NCBI RefSeq assembly: GCF_009914755.1
Contig: NC_060947.1
Source of the DNA: the human T2T-CHM13v2.0 reference genome, Homo sapiens
Length of the DNA: 64,000 nt
Strand: one strand, 5' to 3'
Shown here: positions 1 through 15,793 of the stretch, piece after piece
How positions within the stretch are numbered: position 1 is the first letter of the stretch
Layout: each line of letters begins with the position of its first letter
Made by a program: the position numbers and the translations under genes
The notes under the pieces: model-generated
What the model was told of the DNA's origin: nothing
Databases searched by the model: none
Seen by the model: only the letters and a program-made list of their open reading frames with translations

Positions 1-887
1 CTTTTAAGGTAATTATTTATATTGATAGTAAAGCTAAATTGTGTCATTTTATTTATTTGCTTTCTGTTTATGTTTCCTGCTTGTCATTCTTCCATTTTTC
101 TTTGCATACCTTCCTGAGACTTACCTGATTTTTTTTAGAGTTGTATCTTGACTGACTTACAGTGTTTTTGAGTATAGCACATTGTATAGTTTTCTTAGTT
201 GTTACACTAGATATTACAATATGTAGTTAATCACAGTCTACAGGTATCAACATTTTACCACTTTGAGTGAAGTGTAAAATCCTTACTTGATTTACATCTG
301 TTTATCCTCCAACATTAAAAATATAATCATATGAAGTCTTTATATACATTGAGCAATATGTGAAATATTGTTTTAATTTTTGCTTCACCATAAAATATAA
401 CTAAAGAAACTCTCAAAGGCAAGGATATTATATGATATTTATGCCCATTTTAATTTATGCTGATGTTTTTTCTTTTTGAAGTTCCCAGCCTTCTTTTATC
501 ATTTTCTATTTTATAGATCTTCCTTTAGCCAATCTTTAAGAATGCATTTGCTAGCAAAAACATATAGTTTTTCCTCATCTGACAATATCTTATATTCCCC
601 TTTATTCTAGAAGAATATTTTTGCTGGAAACAGAATTTCTACTTGGCAATTTTTACAACACCTGAAATGCCCAGTTCCACTTCAAACCGGCCTTCAGAGT
701 TTTAGAAGAGAAATTCATTGTCATTCAAATGTCTGGGTTCCCATAATAATGTGTCTTTTGTCTCTGGCTGCTCTGAAGATTTTTTATTTGTCTATAGATT
801 TGAAACCGTAAACTATGATATGTCTTGGCATGTTTTTGTGTGCGTTTGTTCTATTTGGACTTCTCCCAGGCTCCTGAATCTGTAGGT

Positions 888-1214
888 TTATGTGTCCCTG
901 TACATTTGAGAGGATATATGCATTATTTCTTTAAACACTTTTTTGGTTCCACTTTGTCTCTGATCTCTTTTTGAGATACTGATGATATAAATTTCGTTTT
1001 TTTTTGTTATCCCACAGGGTGCTGAGTAGCTTTTCATTTTTGTTTTCAATTTGTTTTCTTTCTGTTTCTCCGATTGGGTAAATACTATTGATCTGTCCTC
1101 AAGTTCACTGATCCTTTCCTTGTCATCTTGACTCTGGATGAGCCCATTCAGTGAGGTTTTTATTTTTTTTTTTCTAATTTCAGTTATGGTATTTTTCACT
1201 TCTATAATTTTCAT
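888..1214 (-). pseudogene. Degenerate L1 ORF1p fragment (coiled coil to RRM)
   Basis: KNTITEIRK...ERISELEDRSI...KENKLK...EIYIISI...KKVFKEI matches the L1 ORF1p pattern. Confidence 0.8.
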
Positions 1215-2122
1215 TTGTTTTTTATAACATCTTTTTGTGGAGTTCTTTAAAATTAGTAGCTGTTTGTTGAGGTATTTTTGTAACAGCTGATTTAAAGTTG
1301 TCAGTTAGCCTCAACATATGATTCATGTTATGTTGTCCTCTGTTGATTTTGTGCCTGTTCAATTATTGGATGGGCCCTACCAACACCACTCTGACCAAAT
1401 TCGAATGCTGACTCCCACTGTCTTATTAAAGACACATGGAGGAAAGGCTCAGCTCTCTGCTCAGCCTTGCTGATATCATCTCAGTGAAAGTAGGTCACTA
1501 ACACATACCACCACCTTGCCTCCAAATAGGAATGTAAGGTCAGCTCCCTGATGTGTCCTTCTGTCCCCAAGAAGGAGATAAGTAAAGGGCTGACTCTCAT
1601 TGCTTTGTTGCTGCTTTTTGGGTGTGGAAGCTAAACACTCTAGTGAACACAGCTGACACCAAGGGAGGGGAAGGAAGAAAGTGGAGTGCTAATAAACCCC
1701 ACCTTTTAACACCCCATTCTGACCTCACTGATATCAGGCAGGTACAGCAGTTCAGCTCCCCAGTGGGTTCCACTAACACCAGGGATGATTAGAAAGCGAA
1801 CAAGTCAACTGTTTTGTTCAGTTTCATTGACGTGTGGTGGGAGTAGAAGCTCAGCTCTCCGCTAGTCCCCACTAACAGAAATGAGTGGTGGTGAAGTATA
1901 GTGGTGAATAACACTGCCTTGCACAGCTTCATGAAGTCTGATTGCTACTATGTGAGTTTAGAAGCTCATCTAGCCTCTGAGTACTATTGCCATTACATAC
2001 ACAACTCTGTCGTTGGGAGAATTGTGGTAGAACCCACTTCTACCAGCCAGGAAATGCAAGATCTACTGCCCCTGGGTTTCAGTAACACTATCAAGACAAA
2101 AATGTCACATCTTGATTTGGGA

Positions 2123-2528
2123 TGTATATTGGGCCATTCTTGCATTGCTATGAAGAAATACCTGAGGGTGGGTAATTTATTTTAAAAAGAGGTTTGATTG
2201 GTTTATGATTCTGCAGGCTGTACAGGAAGCATGGTGCTGACACCTGTTTGGCTTCTGGGGAGGCCTCAGGAAGGTTTTACTAACGATAAAAGGTGAAGCA
2301 GGAGCAGGCACATCACATGGTGAAAGCAGGAGCAAGAGAGGAGGTGGGAGGTGCTGCATACTTTTAAACTATCGGATCTCATGCAAACTCACTCACTATC
2401 AAGAGGATAGCATCCAACCATGAGGAATCTGGCCCCATGACTCACACGCTCCTACTTGGCCCCGCCTCCAACACTTGGGATTACATCCCAACATGATATT
2501 TGGGTGGAACAAATATCCAGACTATATT
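2123..2528 (-). mobile_element. MSTA-like solo LTR (ERVL-MaLR)
   Basis: tgtatattgggccattcttgcattgctatgaagaaatacctgag...gggtggaacaaatatccagactata is the reverse complement of an MST LTR. Confidence 0.85.
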
Positions 2529-2940
2529 GGTGGGGTCCAGGGCTGTGTGCAAGATTAGCTGCCTTCTTGGCCTCACTGAAATTGTGTGTCTGGAAGAGAA
2601 GCTTTTTCTCTGGTGTTTGGTGGGAATAGGATGGGTGTTGCAAAATGTTTTCTGCTATGTTGGGCCATCCTTTTTCTGGTCTTCTGGTTAAGGCAAATAG
2701 GTTTTTCGTCAAGATTTTTCTTTTAGCCTGTGCCTGTTGCTGGTACCAGACTGGAGACTGCTGTAGTACTCTTTTAAGACATATGAAAGCTAATTAGAAA
2801 ACTCATGGAAATAAGTGCCATGTAGTTCCTGAAGTCTCAAAGTCCCCTTTGTATTCTGCCACATTCTTCTTTCTACATTTCAAAATCTTCTTATGCTTGC
2901 ATGTTATGTACAGATATTTTTACCTGATTATCTTTACCTG

Positions 2941-4000
2941 ATATACACACATGTATATGTATGTATATACACATATATATGTGTATATACATACATATAT
3001 ATGTGTGTATATACATACATGTATGTGTATATACATACATGTATGTGTATATACACATACATATATGTGTATTTATGTGTATATATACATATATATGTAT
3101 TATGTGTATATATGTATACATGTATATATGTATACATATACATGTATATATGTATACATGTATATATGTATACATATACATGTATATATGTATACATGTA
3201 TATATGTATACATATACATGTATATATGTATACATACACGTATGTATACATATACATGTATATATGTATACATACACGTATGTATACATATACATGTATA
3301 TATGTATACATACACGTATGTATACATATACATGTATATATGTATACATACACGTATGTATACATATACATGTATATATGTATACATACACGTATGTATA
3401 CATATACATGTATATATGTATACATACACGTATGTATACATATACATGTATATATGTATACATACACGTATGTATACATATACATGTATATATGTATACA
3501 TACACGTATGTATACATATACATGTATATATGTATACATACACGTATGTATACATATACATGTATATATGTATACATACACGTATGTATACATATACATG
3601 TATATATGTATACATACACGTATGTATACATATACATGTATATATGTATACATACACGTATGTATACATATACATGTATATATGTATACATACACGTATG
3701 TATGTATATACATACATATATGTATACATACACGTATGTATGTATATACATACATATATGTATACATACACGTATGTATGTATATACATACATATATGTA
3801 TACATACACGTATGTATGTATATACATACATATATGTATACATACACGTATGTATGTATATACATACATATATGTATACATACACGTATGTATGTATATA
3901 CATACATATATGTATACATACACGTATGTATGTATATACACACATATATGTATACATATGTGTATATATACATATATATGTGTGTATATACATATATGTA
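2941..4000. repeat. Alternating purine-pyrimidine (TA/CA/TG) array with a 38 bp minisatellite core (3203-3924)
   Basis: CACG recurs exactly every 38 bp from 3237 to 3921: 13 units of type A, then 6 of type B. Confidence 0.97.
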
Positions 4001-4204
4001 ATGCTCACTGGAAACACACCATATTTCTTTATTAATCCTTATTATTTCTTGTTTTAATTTATGGTTATCACTGAAAATGTGTTCTACTGAGTAGGGGGCA
4101 TTAAAAAGCATTCCCCATTTGGTTTTAAATACACTAATTAGGTCAAAGGTAGAAGACTTTTTTTCTTCAAATACTTCACACTTTGGTCCTAGTGTCTGGC
4201 ATCT

Positions 4205-4337
4205 TTTGGTTTTTTTTAAACAGCTTTATTCAGATATACCTGACTATAATATACAATTAATTAGAGTCGGCACATATACACCTGTGAAAACATCACCACA
4301 ATTCAAATAAGAACACTATCCATGACTGCATCAGGTG

Positions 4338-4370
<33 letters not shown>

Positions 4371-4780
4371 CCACCTTGTGTTTTTTCCTCCCACTTCTTC
4401 CCAATTCCCAATTCCCAATCACTGATCTGCCTTCTGCCTCTACAGGTTAGTTTACAATTCTAGCGTTGCATATTAATGGGATCAGATTATGTACTTAATT
4501 TTATCTAGCCTCTTCCATTCAGCATAATTTTGAGTGTCATCAATGTTGTTGCATACATCAGTATTATATTCTTTTTATGTTATTTTTTATGATTTTGTCG
4601 AGTATCAGCACTAAAACAATACCCCAAAGTAGCTTGAATTTTATTTTTTCACGATAATTGTAGATTTACAGGCAACTGTGAGAAATAGAGAGATGCCTTA
4701 TACCGTTCACCCAGATTCTCCTGATGGTAATGTCTGCTATAAACATAGTACAACAATAGCTTATCTGGACTGGGGAAACC
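4205..4780 (-). mobile_element. Old L1M 3'-end fragments
   Basis: aaacagctttattcagatata...ccattcagcataattttgag and ataattgtagatttacaggcaactgtgagaaata are typical antisense L1M 3' ends. Confidence 0.6.
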
Positions 4781-5018
4781 AGGGCTTTGTGAGTCAGGAA
4801 AATATTATTTCCCTCATGCATATTTAAATAGTGTAGCCATGAATTATGCAGCCAAAACGGACTGTAATAACATATAAGAGAAAAAAATACCATTTAGAGA
4901 AACCAACAAAGTGGACCTGTGTTAATACTAAAATTAAAAGCATGATTTAACTGTAGAAAAATTGCTGAGATTTAAGAGGCAACAAGGCTAGTGGTTGGTG
5001 GGTAGGAGGAAGAAAATA

Positions 5019-5020
<2 letters not shown>

Positions 5021-5055
<35 letters not shown>
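5021..5055. repeat. (AC)n microsatellite
   Basis: About 17 AC units, read directly. Confidence 0.97.
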
Positions 5056-5061
<6 letters not shown>

Positions 5062-5399
5062 GTAAATATAGAAAATACTATGTATGTATAGTATATAGTA
5101 TATATATATAGAAATATATGTAGTATAGAGTATATATGGTATATATATGAGAATATATACTATATATAGAAAATACTATACATACGAGTGTGCATATATA
5201 AATATGTGATCAACTATTAAGAAAAAGACAACAAGGTACTTTTAAGAAAGTTCTTGCTCAAACAGGAAAGATTTTGTCCTGTCAACCCTGTCCAAAATGT
5301 TTAAGAGAAGGAAAAAGTAATTATAAAATAAAAATGTATTTATATGAACCTGGAAACCTGTGCTTTGTGGTCAAGTTAATTAAAACCTGACCCTGCAAA

Positions 5400-5969
5400 C
5401 ATCAAAAAAGGAAAGAAAATGGGCAGCAGGCATGAATACACATTTCAATGAAGGTGATACAAAAATAGAAAATTGGCACATAAAAGGATGTCCAGCAATA
5501 ACAGCCATCAGGGAAATACAGATGTAAACACCAATGTGATCATGCGCATTATAATAATCCATAAATACCTTAAAAATTAACACAATGATAACAACAAATG
5601 CTGTTGAGAATGCAGAGAAATTGTAGCACTCTTAGATTGCTGGTGGGCTTGTCAAATGGTACTCCCAACAGGAAAGGTATATGACAGTTTCTTACAAAAC
5701 TTAACATGACATCACCATGTTACCCAGCAGTTTTGCTCTTGAGCACTTATTCCAAAAAAAAGAAAACGTAACTTCATAGAAAAACCTATACAGGAATGAC
5801 TATACCAGTTTTATTGTATTAATGATAATCTAAAGTTGGAAACAACTAAAGTATTCTCCAATAAATGAATATTTAAACAAACTGTGGTACATCTATAGCA
5901 CAGAATATTACTTACCAATAAAACAAACAAATAAACAAAAACAACTATGATGCACACAGCAACTTGATA
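5400..5969 (+). mobile_element. Old L1M (L1ME-like) 3' fragment
   Basis: aaaatgggca...catcagggaaatacag...gctgttgagaatgcagagaaa...aaacaaactgtggtacatc. Confidence 0.65.
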
Positions 5970-6397
5970 GATGAGCCTATTCAGTGAGTTTTTTTCCTTC
6001 TAATTTCGGTTACTGTATTTGTCACTTCTATAATTTTCATTTTTTTTATAACATCTTTTTCGTGAAGTTCTTTAAAATTAGTAGTTGCTCATTGAAGTGT
6101 TTTTGTGATGGCTGATTTAAAGTTGTCAGTTAGCCTCAACATATGATTCATGTTATGTTGTCCTCTGTTGATTTTGTGCCTGTTCAATTATTGGATGGGC
6201 CCTACCAACACCACTCTGACCAAATTTGAATGCTGACTCCCACTGTCTTATTAAAGACACATGGAGGAAAGGCTCAGCTCTCTGCTCAGCCTTGCTGATA
6301 TCGTCTCAGTGAAAGTAGGTCACTAACACATACCACCACATTTCAAAATCTTCTTATGCTTGCATGTTATGTACAGATATTTTTACCTGATTATCTT
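5970..6397 (+). repeat. Local chimeric duplication of 1137-1514 plus 2875-2934
   Basis: Direct alignment by eye. 6111-6339 equals 1286-1514 with 2 mismatches. 6338-6397 is identical to 2875-2934. Confidence 0.95.
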
Positions 6398-6409
6398 CTG
6401 GCCAGAACC

Positions 6410-8800
<2,391 letters not shown>

Positions 8801-8805
8801 ACTCC

Positions 8806-9166
<361 letters not shown>

Positions 9167-9634
9167 TAAAATCACCATCACGTGATTAAAATTAACTTTT
9201 GAAGTGAAAGATCTGTAGAGAAGATTATTAAATATTTCTTTATAAATTAATAGTTTTACTGAGAATTTACTACATTTGATATGAAAATTAAATAGAACAC
9301 TTTAAGTAACTTGCTATGAGATGTTAGGCAAATCATTTAGGGTAGGAAGATTTCTACCATTTTCACAGATAATTAAAGGATTTACTGATTGAGTAACGCA
9401 GGTAGTATTAAGAGCAATATTAGTCGTAATAGTCTTAATGGGGATTAGGATAATAAAATTATAAAAAGAATAAACACTAAATGGCTCCTTTGCTTGCGTG
9501 TAATATGCTAAGAAACTTTAGGCAAAATAGCTCATTTCAACATCACAACAAACATGTGGCATAAAACTACTATAAATTAATGCTACAGATTCGTGATGCA
9601 AATCAAATGAGGTGACATATTAAAATACCTTTGG

Positions 9635-9980
<346 letters not shown>

Positions 9981-11574
9981 TTATTACTACATAGGAAAAC
10001 AAAACAGATATAGTATGGCATGTTGATTTTCTGCTTACAACCTACTATCTAAAAGTAAGTAGGTTCTATGAGTAATTCTTATTAGATAAAATTAACTACC
10101 ACTATGAAATTACCTTTTTCTAACCACAGTCACACACACACAAATGCAAGCACATACTAACTTATTTACACACAAAAATATTTAGCCTCTTCTATTGAGA
10201 TTTGATATGTGTTTGTTGAACTATGTGGAAGGTTTTAATATTAGGGTACAATGCAGTTAATTTTGTCACTAGGGAGCTATGGAAAATAGGTTGGTTTCCA
10301 TATATTTACACAGAATAACACATATATATTTCCTATAATTTTTCTGTATAGTTCTGTTTTCTAGAAACAACTATAGAATTTTCACTAGCAATTGATAGTA
10401 AAACAATATTTAAAAATATAGAAACAAATTTATTATATTCACACTGTGCATAATGTAAAAGTTGAAGACAATTATTCTACATTTGCCAAAATTTCCCTTC
10501 AGTTAAATAATGATTAGAAATATACGATATCATAATAATATTAGTCATTATTGATATTTATTTAATGCTTATTAACCTGTCAGTTTTATAGTTTAGTAGC
10601 CAATGGTGGATTATTTTATCTAATCTCCACAAATCTCTAACAATATTGATTTTATATTATGTTGTTTGAATACTGAATTAGGTATAATATTTAAAATACT
10701 CTTATAAACTTAGAAGTGAGAGATATACTCATGCTGCTAAATTACAATGTTTGTACACCTACTAAATCAAAATAGTGGAAATCAAATTGTGATTTCCTTT
10801 TCAAAGACTCTTAACCAATGCCCCAAATATTAGATTTTCAATACTCTTTCCTATTAATTAAGGTAAATTTCCACTATTCAGTTGTCTCAGGTTGATGCCC
10901 AGTGGTTGACTGGAATTCAAGTGGCTGCCAAGATCCAGCTCTATCAACTAGAGGCAGTTGCTCCAGTCCATGGGTAATTTTTAGTTAGCCTCCACATAAA
11001 GTCTGAATGAAAACCTCATAGATTTACCATTAAAATATACTGGTAAGAGGTTTGGCAACAGACAGAAGTAAAGTATATGATGGATCTGTAATATACACAT
11101 TTTAAAATATGTCATTAGATAAAATTGTGATAAAGAGTTATAACAAAACAGAATGAGCAGATAAAATGCTATTGAATAAATATGAATTTCACATTGAAAA
11201 ATCAAGATTCCATTTAGCAACAATTAACTCTTCCCATAAGAAATTGCTTATGGTTTCCAGAGGTTAATTTTAAAATCTACTTTGAATAAAATTCATGAGG
11301 TAGATACTTGGAATCAAAATGGGATGTGAAGAGAAAACTATGTATGTAATGAGAGATTATTAAGTATTGCTTTATAAACCACTATTGCATTTCAATGCTT
11401 TGACTATGAAATATTAATTTTTATATAAAAATATAAATAAAAATGTATTTTTTCTGAATCACTTTCTGTGAGATATTAGCAACTCTTTCAGGCTCTAGAA
11501 ATCCTAAAATTCTCCACCCATGAATATTCCATAAGTGGAACCTAGTCTTTTATCTTTGGTTATATTAATGTCAG

Positions 11575-12677
11575 TGATAGCAGCAGGAGGCAGACAAATC
11601 CTGGGAAGACAGGGCCAGGTCCCAGGTGAAACCTGACCTTCAAGCTGAAGGCAGTTTAAAGCTTAGCTACAAGTCCCAGATAAATCCATGGACTGGATTT
11701 AGAATCTCTCTTCCCATTTGGCATGCTTTCCTCTGATTGATCCCCACCCTTTACCTATTTTACATATACGTATCCTTCCCTAATTGATTTTTTACAGTCA
11801 TGGCCATCTTTAAGTGGTGCCTTTGTTTCAGACGCTTTTGCATACTCACAAACCAATCAGCACACACTCCCCCATTCTGAGCCCATAAAAGCCCTGGACC
11901 CAGCCACACTGGGAGAGAGACTTCCCGACTTTCGGTGGGGTACCACAATCACATTCCCCCTCTGCTGAGAGCTGTTTCATCACTCAATAAAACTCTTCTC
12001 CACCCTTCTCATTCTCCAGTTGTCACCATAATCTCATTCTTCTTGGACAAGGGACAGGAACTCAGGACCCTGCCAAACTTGGGCACAAAGAAGGCAGTAA
12101 CACCATAGACCACCCCCCTGTTTGCACACAACAGCCGCCCCATGTGACAGGAAGCAGCAGCAAGGCAGAGCCAACCCCAGAGCTGTGGGCTGGAATGGGG
12201 CAACAGGATTGACAGAGCTGTTAACATGCCCCTGTTCAATGGGCTGCAGACAGCAAGACTAAAAGAGCTGTTAGCACACTGTAACACCCCCGCTGGGGCT
12301 TTAGGGTCACAGACATTCCTGTTTGGGTGCCACCATGTTCCCTTTGTTGAGACACTGGAGTCCACCATGAGAATCACTTGCAACATGCCTGGTTCAGCCA
12401 CAAGCCCCACACAGAGCCCACTCCTGTGCCACTCTTGGAGCAGCCATCTGGACCCTGCACTCACTCACTTACATACCCCCTCCTGCTGCAGGCTGAGCGC
12501 ACAGTTGTGGTGACCATGGAATCCACACAGAAGTGCAAGCCAGGTGCGGCCCAGTGGGTCAGGTGGGCAGGGTGCCTCCTGTGCTGAGACCATGCCTGAC
12601 AGTGGCCCAGGCAGGGGTGTTGCCAGCCACGAACATCTCTGGCTGGCAAAGTGGCACTGAAGAAAAATCCGGCATCA
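11575..12677 (+). mobile_element. ERV1 solo LTR (MER50/MER52/LTR27-28 group)
   Basis: TG...CA termini, CCAAT, cataaaa TATA-like box, aataaa near 11986. Flanks tcag/ttag. Subfamily uncertain. Confidence 0.75.
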
Positions 12678-12744
12678 TTAGCATATTTCAAAATGTTCTT
12701 TCCCTTCTTTAGTCTCTGTTTCTTCTAATAATTTTCAAAAATTT

Positions 12745-13053
12745 AACTTAGTTTAATTAGGCCCCATTTGTCAATTTTTGTTCTTGTGATTGCTTTTGAG
12801 GACTTAGTCATAAATTCTTTGCCAAAGCTGAAGTCAAGAAGGGTAATTCCTAGGTTTTCTTCTGGGATTTATATGGTTTGAGGTCTTACATTTAATTCTT
12901 TAATTCATCTTGAATTAATTTTTATATATGATAAGAGATAGGGGTCCAGGTTCATTCTTGTGCATATGGCTAGCCAGTTATCCCAGCACCAATTATTGGA
13001 TAGGGAGACCTTTCCCCACTGCTTATTTTTGTTCAATTGTTGAAGATCAGATG
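12745..13053 (-). mobile_element. L1PA/PB ORF2 3' fragment
   Basis: tttaattaggccccatttgtcaatttttg...gccagttatcccagcacc. Confidence 0.8.
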
Positions 13054-13103
13054 CTTGAAATTGTAAAAATAAAGAAGTCAATAAGTAAAATAAAATTATT
13101 CCA

Positions 13104-13472
13104 TTTTAAATTGACAGATAATAGCTTTGTATATTTATAGGGAGCACAATGTGATGTTTTGATCTATGTACTGTATACATTGTAGAAAAATACAATCAAG
13201 CTAATTAACATATCCATCACTTCACCAAGTTATCATTTCTTTGTGATGAGAACATTAAAAATCTATTCTTTTGGCAAGTCAATACATTATTACTAACTGT
13301 GATCACCATGCTGTGCAATAGATTACTAGAACTTATTCCTCTAGTCTAACTGAAATTTTGTACCCTTTGACCAACGTTTTCCTTCCTCCATTTCTCCTTT
13401 GACAAGCAATTTCTACTCGCTGTTTCTATGAGGTGGACTTTTTAGAGTCAACATATATGTGAGATCATACAG
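13104..13472 (-). mobile_element. L1MA-type 3' end
   Basis: caagctaattaacatatccatcac...caccatgctgtgcaatagat...gtgagatcatacagt. Confidence 0.75.
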
Positions 13473-13740
13473 TGTGTATATATATGTATAAATATATAAT
13501 GTATTCTATATGTATAAATGTATATACGCATATAAATATTATACATGTATATATGTAAGTGAATATATACATGTATATGAGTATTATAAATATATAATGT
13601 ATTCCATATGTATATATGTATATATGTATATAAATATACATGTATATATGTATATAAATATACATGTATATATGTAAGTATATATACGTATATATATACA
13701 CACTCATATGTATATAAATATATTATCATGTATATATATT
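13473..13740. repeat. TA-rich low-complexity repeat
   Basis: (TATATG/TATACA)-type run. Confidence 0.9.
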
Positions 13741-13759
13741 ATTTCTTGTGTCCTCTGGT

Positions 13760-14610
13760 CTCCATTTTCCTTGGTGGAAGTTCTTCCCAGATGTCTAGTG
13801 ATCCTTGATTGTCTGCTCATGATTAAAATTTAAGGATTGGGGAATAAAATAATGTTTGAAAGTTCTGAGTTTGCAGCCTGATTGGTCAAACTTTAATTTT
13901 ACTGTAAAATTATCGGGATTTTTTTATTGAAAAATGCTATATTTTAATATCTTCACATCATTATTTTCCATCTGAGCGCATTGCACTAAGAAGAGTTTTC
14001 TAATCTTCTGTTTGAATGATAAAGATCTAGCTGGCTGCTAGAGATATGGAAGCAGGACTGGGTGAGGACTGAAAAATAAGAGAGCCAGAGATTCTTAGCA
14101 TTCAGCATTCAGTGTGCACATGGCCCATAGTCATTTAACATTCTCTCAACTATGCCTGGCAGTTCCCACTTCCGAGACTTTCTAATTTACTTTACCCAAA
14201 GAAAAAAACCTCTAGGTTATCTTCTCTGGTTGGGGGAGACGGACTCCTAGGGATATATACTGGATAAGGGGATCTGGAGGTCTGAAGGTTTTTCAACAGT
14301 TTTTTTTCTTTTCCCTACTCCTTATTTCAGCCTCTTTCTTTTATACCTGATTCTACAGGTACCTGGGGCTAACATTTCCTCACTCCTTGGGGATTCTGTA
14401 ATATAAATCTGGTTGTTTCTCAGCTTTTCCCAAGGCCTGCCTGAGAGTCAGTTTTTAGTCCTGCTAAGTCAATTATCACTGGTTCGTTTGCTTTCCAGCT
14501 TCTGAAATGTTGTTGCTGTTTTATTCTCTCCTGTTCTCTCTGTCCTTGTGGATCCTAGTGGAGTTTTCAGATGAAGTGAAGTTAGATGTGTATATTCAAT
14601 CTACTATCTT
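13760..14610 (-). mobile_element. Probable ancient L1/HAL1 5' region
   Basis: gatccttgattgtctgctcat and ctttccagcttc...tgtatattcaatctactatctt resemble antisense old L1 5' ends. Confidence 0.4.
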
Positions 14611-14918
14611 ATTATTTTCTGCCTCTGGAGTAAAGTACTAGGAATTTATAGATTTAGGGAACCTGGAGTAGTTGTCTTCATGGCACAAATTCAAAATACA
14701 TAGACCACAGTTAATTTGGAAATGATATACATCTGCATTCTTCAAACTGAATCAAAATTGAATCAAAATATAGACACAATGAAAGAAAATAAATCATTTT
14801 TTATTTCTCTCAGTTTCTCATTTATTCTTTAATAAAAATTGTGAAGGCCTGAAACTTTTATTTTCTATATAGTCTATACTTCTGATGTTCAAAAAATAAC
14901 TAAAAAACCTTTAGTTCC

Positions 14919-15357
14919 TGTTATGGTTAATACTGAGTGTCAACTTGATTGGATTGAAGGATGCAAAGTATTCATCCTTGGCGTGTCTGCGAGGGTGTTG
15001 CCAAAGGAGATAAACATTTGAGTCTGTGGGCTGGGAAAGGCAAACCCACCCTTAACCTGGGTGGGCACCATCTAATCAACTGCCAGCGAATATAAAGCAG
15101 GCAGAAAAACGTGAAAAGGCTAGACTGACTTAGCCTCCCATCCTACATCTTTCTTCAGTGCTGGATGCTTCCTGCCATTGAACATAGGACTCCAAGTTCT
15201 TCAGCGTTGGGAATAGGACTGGCTTCCTTGCTCCTCAGCTTGCAGATGGCCTATTGTGGGACCTTGTTATCATGTGAGATGCTACTACTTAATAAACTCC
15301 CTTTTCTATATGTATATCCTATTAGTTCTGTCCCCCTAGAGAACCCTGACTAATACA
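14919..15357 (+). mobile_element. MLT2A1 solo LTR (HERV-L)
   Basis: tgttatggttaatactgagtgtcaacttgattggattgaagg...gagaaccctgactaataca. 5 bp flanks gttcc/gtccc. Confidence 0.92.
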
Positions 15358-15793
15358 GTCCCCCTTCTGGCAATAGGCTTGTCACTCCAAATAATTCCAA
15401 GTAAGGCAGCTTTGAAGATTGCTAGGTATCAATGGCACATTTTGGCATAAATTGTGGCATAAATTGAGATTATTGGCTTTATTTGAAACCAAGAGAACAG
15501 AGCTAAAGGAGCCTGACTCTCAAGTGTGACTGAACAGGCCAAGAAGCCCAAAGTATGGTATCCAAAGGAATGAAGTAAGATAGAAGTACATTATGAATTC
15601 TAAAAGAGTAATGAGAAAGTTTTTGCCACCCATGTGTTTGTTTTCTCTAGTACCCTATTGCTTTTTGAATGTTGCTAGTATGTAGGGTATGAAAATAGTG
15701 TTTCAACCTTATATGCTCTAAATGAATTACACTTAACACAACATTAAACATAAGTAAAAGTACTTGCCAGCATGGATAGCTCACTTCTTTCCC

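Larger units (their letters stand above)
1..2934 (-). mobile_element. Old L1M-type LINE-1: ORF2 start, ORF1 and 5' UTR region, interrupted by an MST LTR
   Basis: T-rich antisense L1 texture. The minus-strand ORF at 888-1214 resembles L1 ORF1p. Sequence to about 2930 looks like an L1M 5' UTR. Boundaries approximate. Confidence 0.7.

Noticed and set aside
3203-3924. Regular 38 bp repeat resembling a CRISPR period
   Set aside because: No unique spacers, no cas genes, eukaryotic context. It is a tandem minisatellite.
2891-4111. Six overlapping 305-406 aa ORFs in all frames
   Set aside because: Every stop codon needs two adjacent purines, so an alternating purine-pyrimidine array is open in all six frames. 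The Y/I/H/M/C/V/T peptides are an artefact. The same applies at 13448-13808 and 16096-16332.
12009-12691. Cluster of 69-151 aa ORFs
   Set aside because: They lie within a GC-richer ERV1 LTR and show no recognisable domain.
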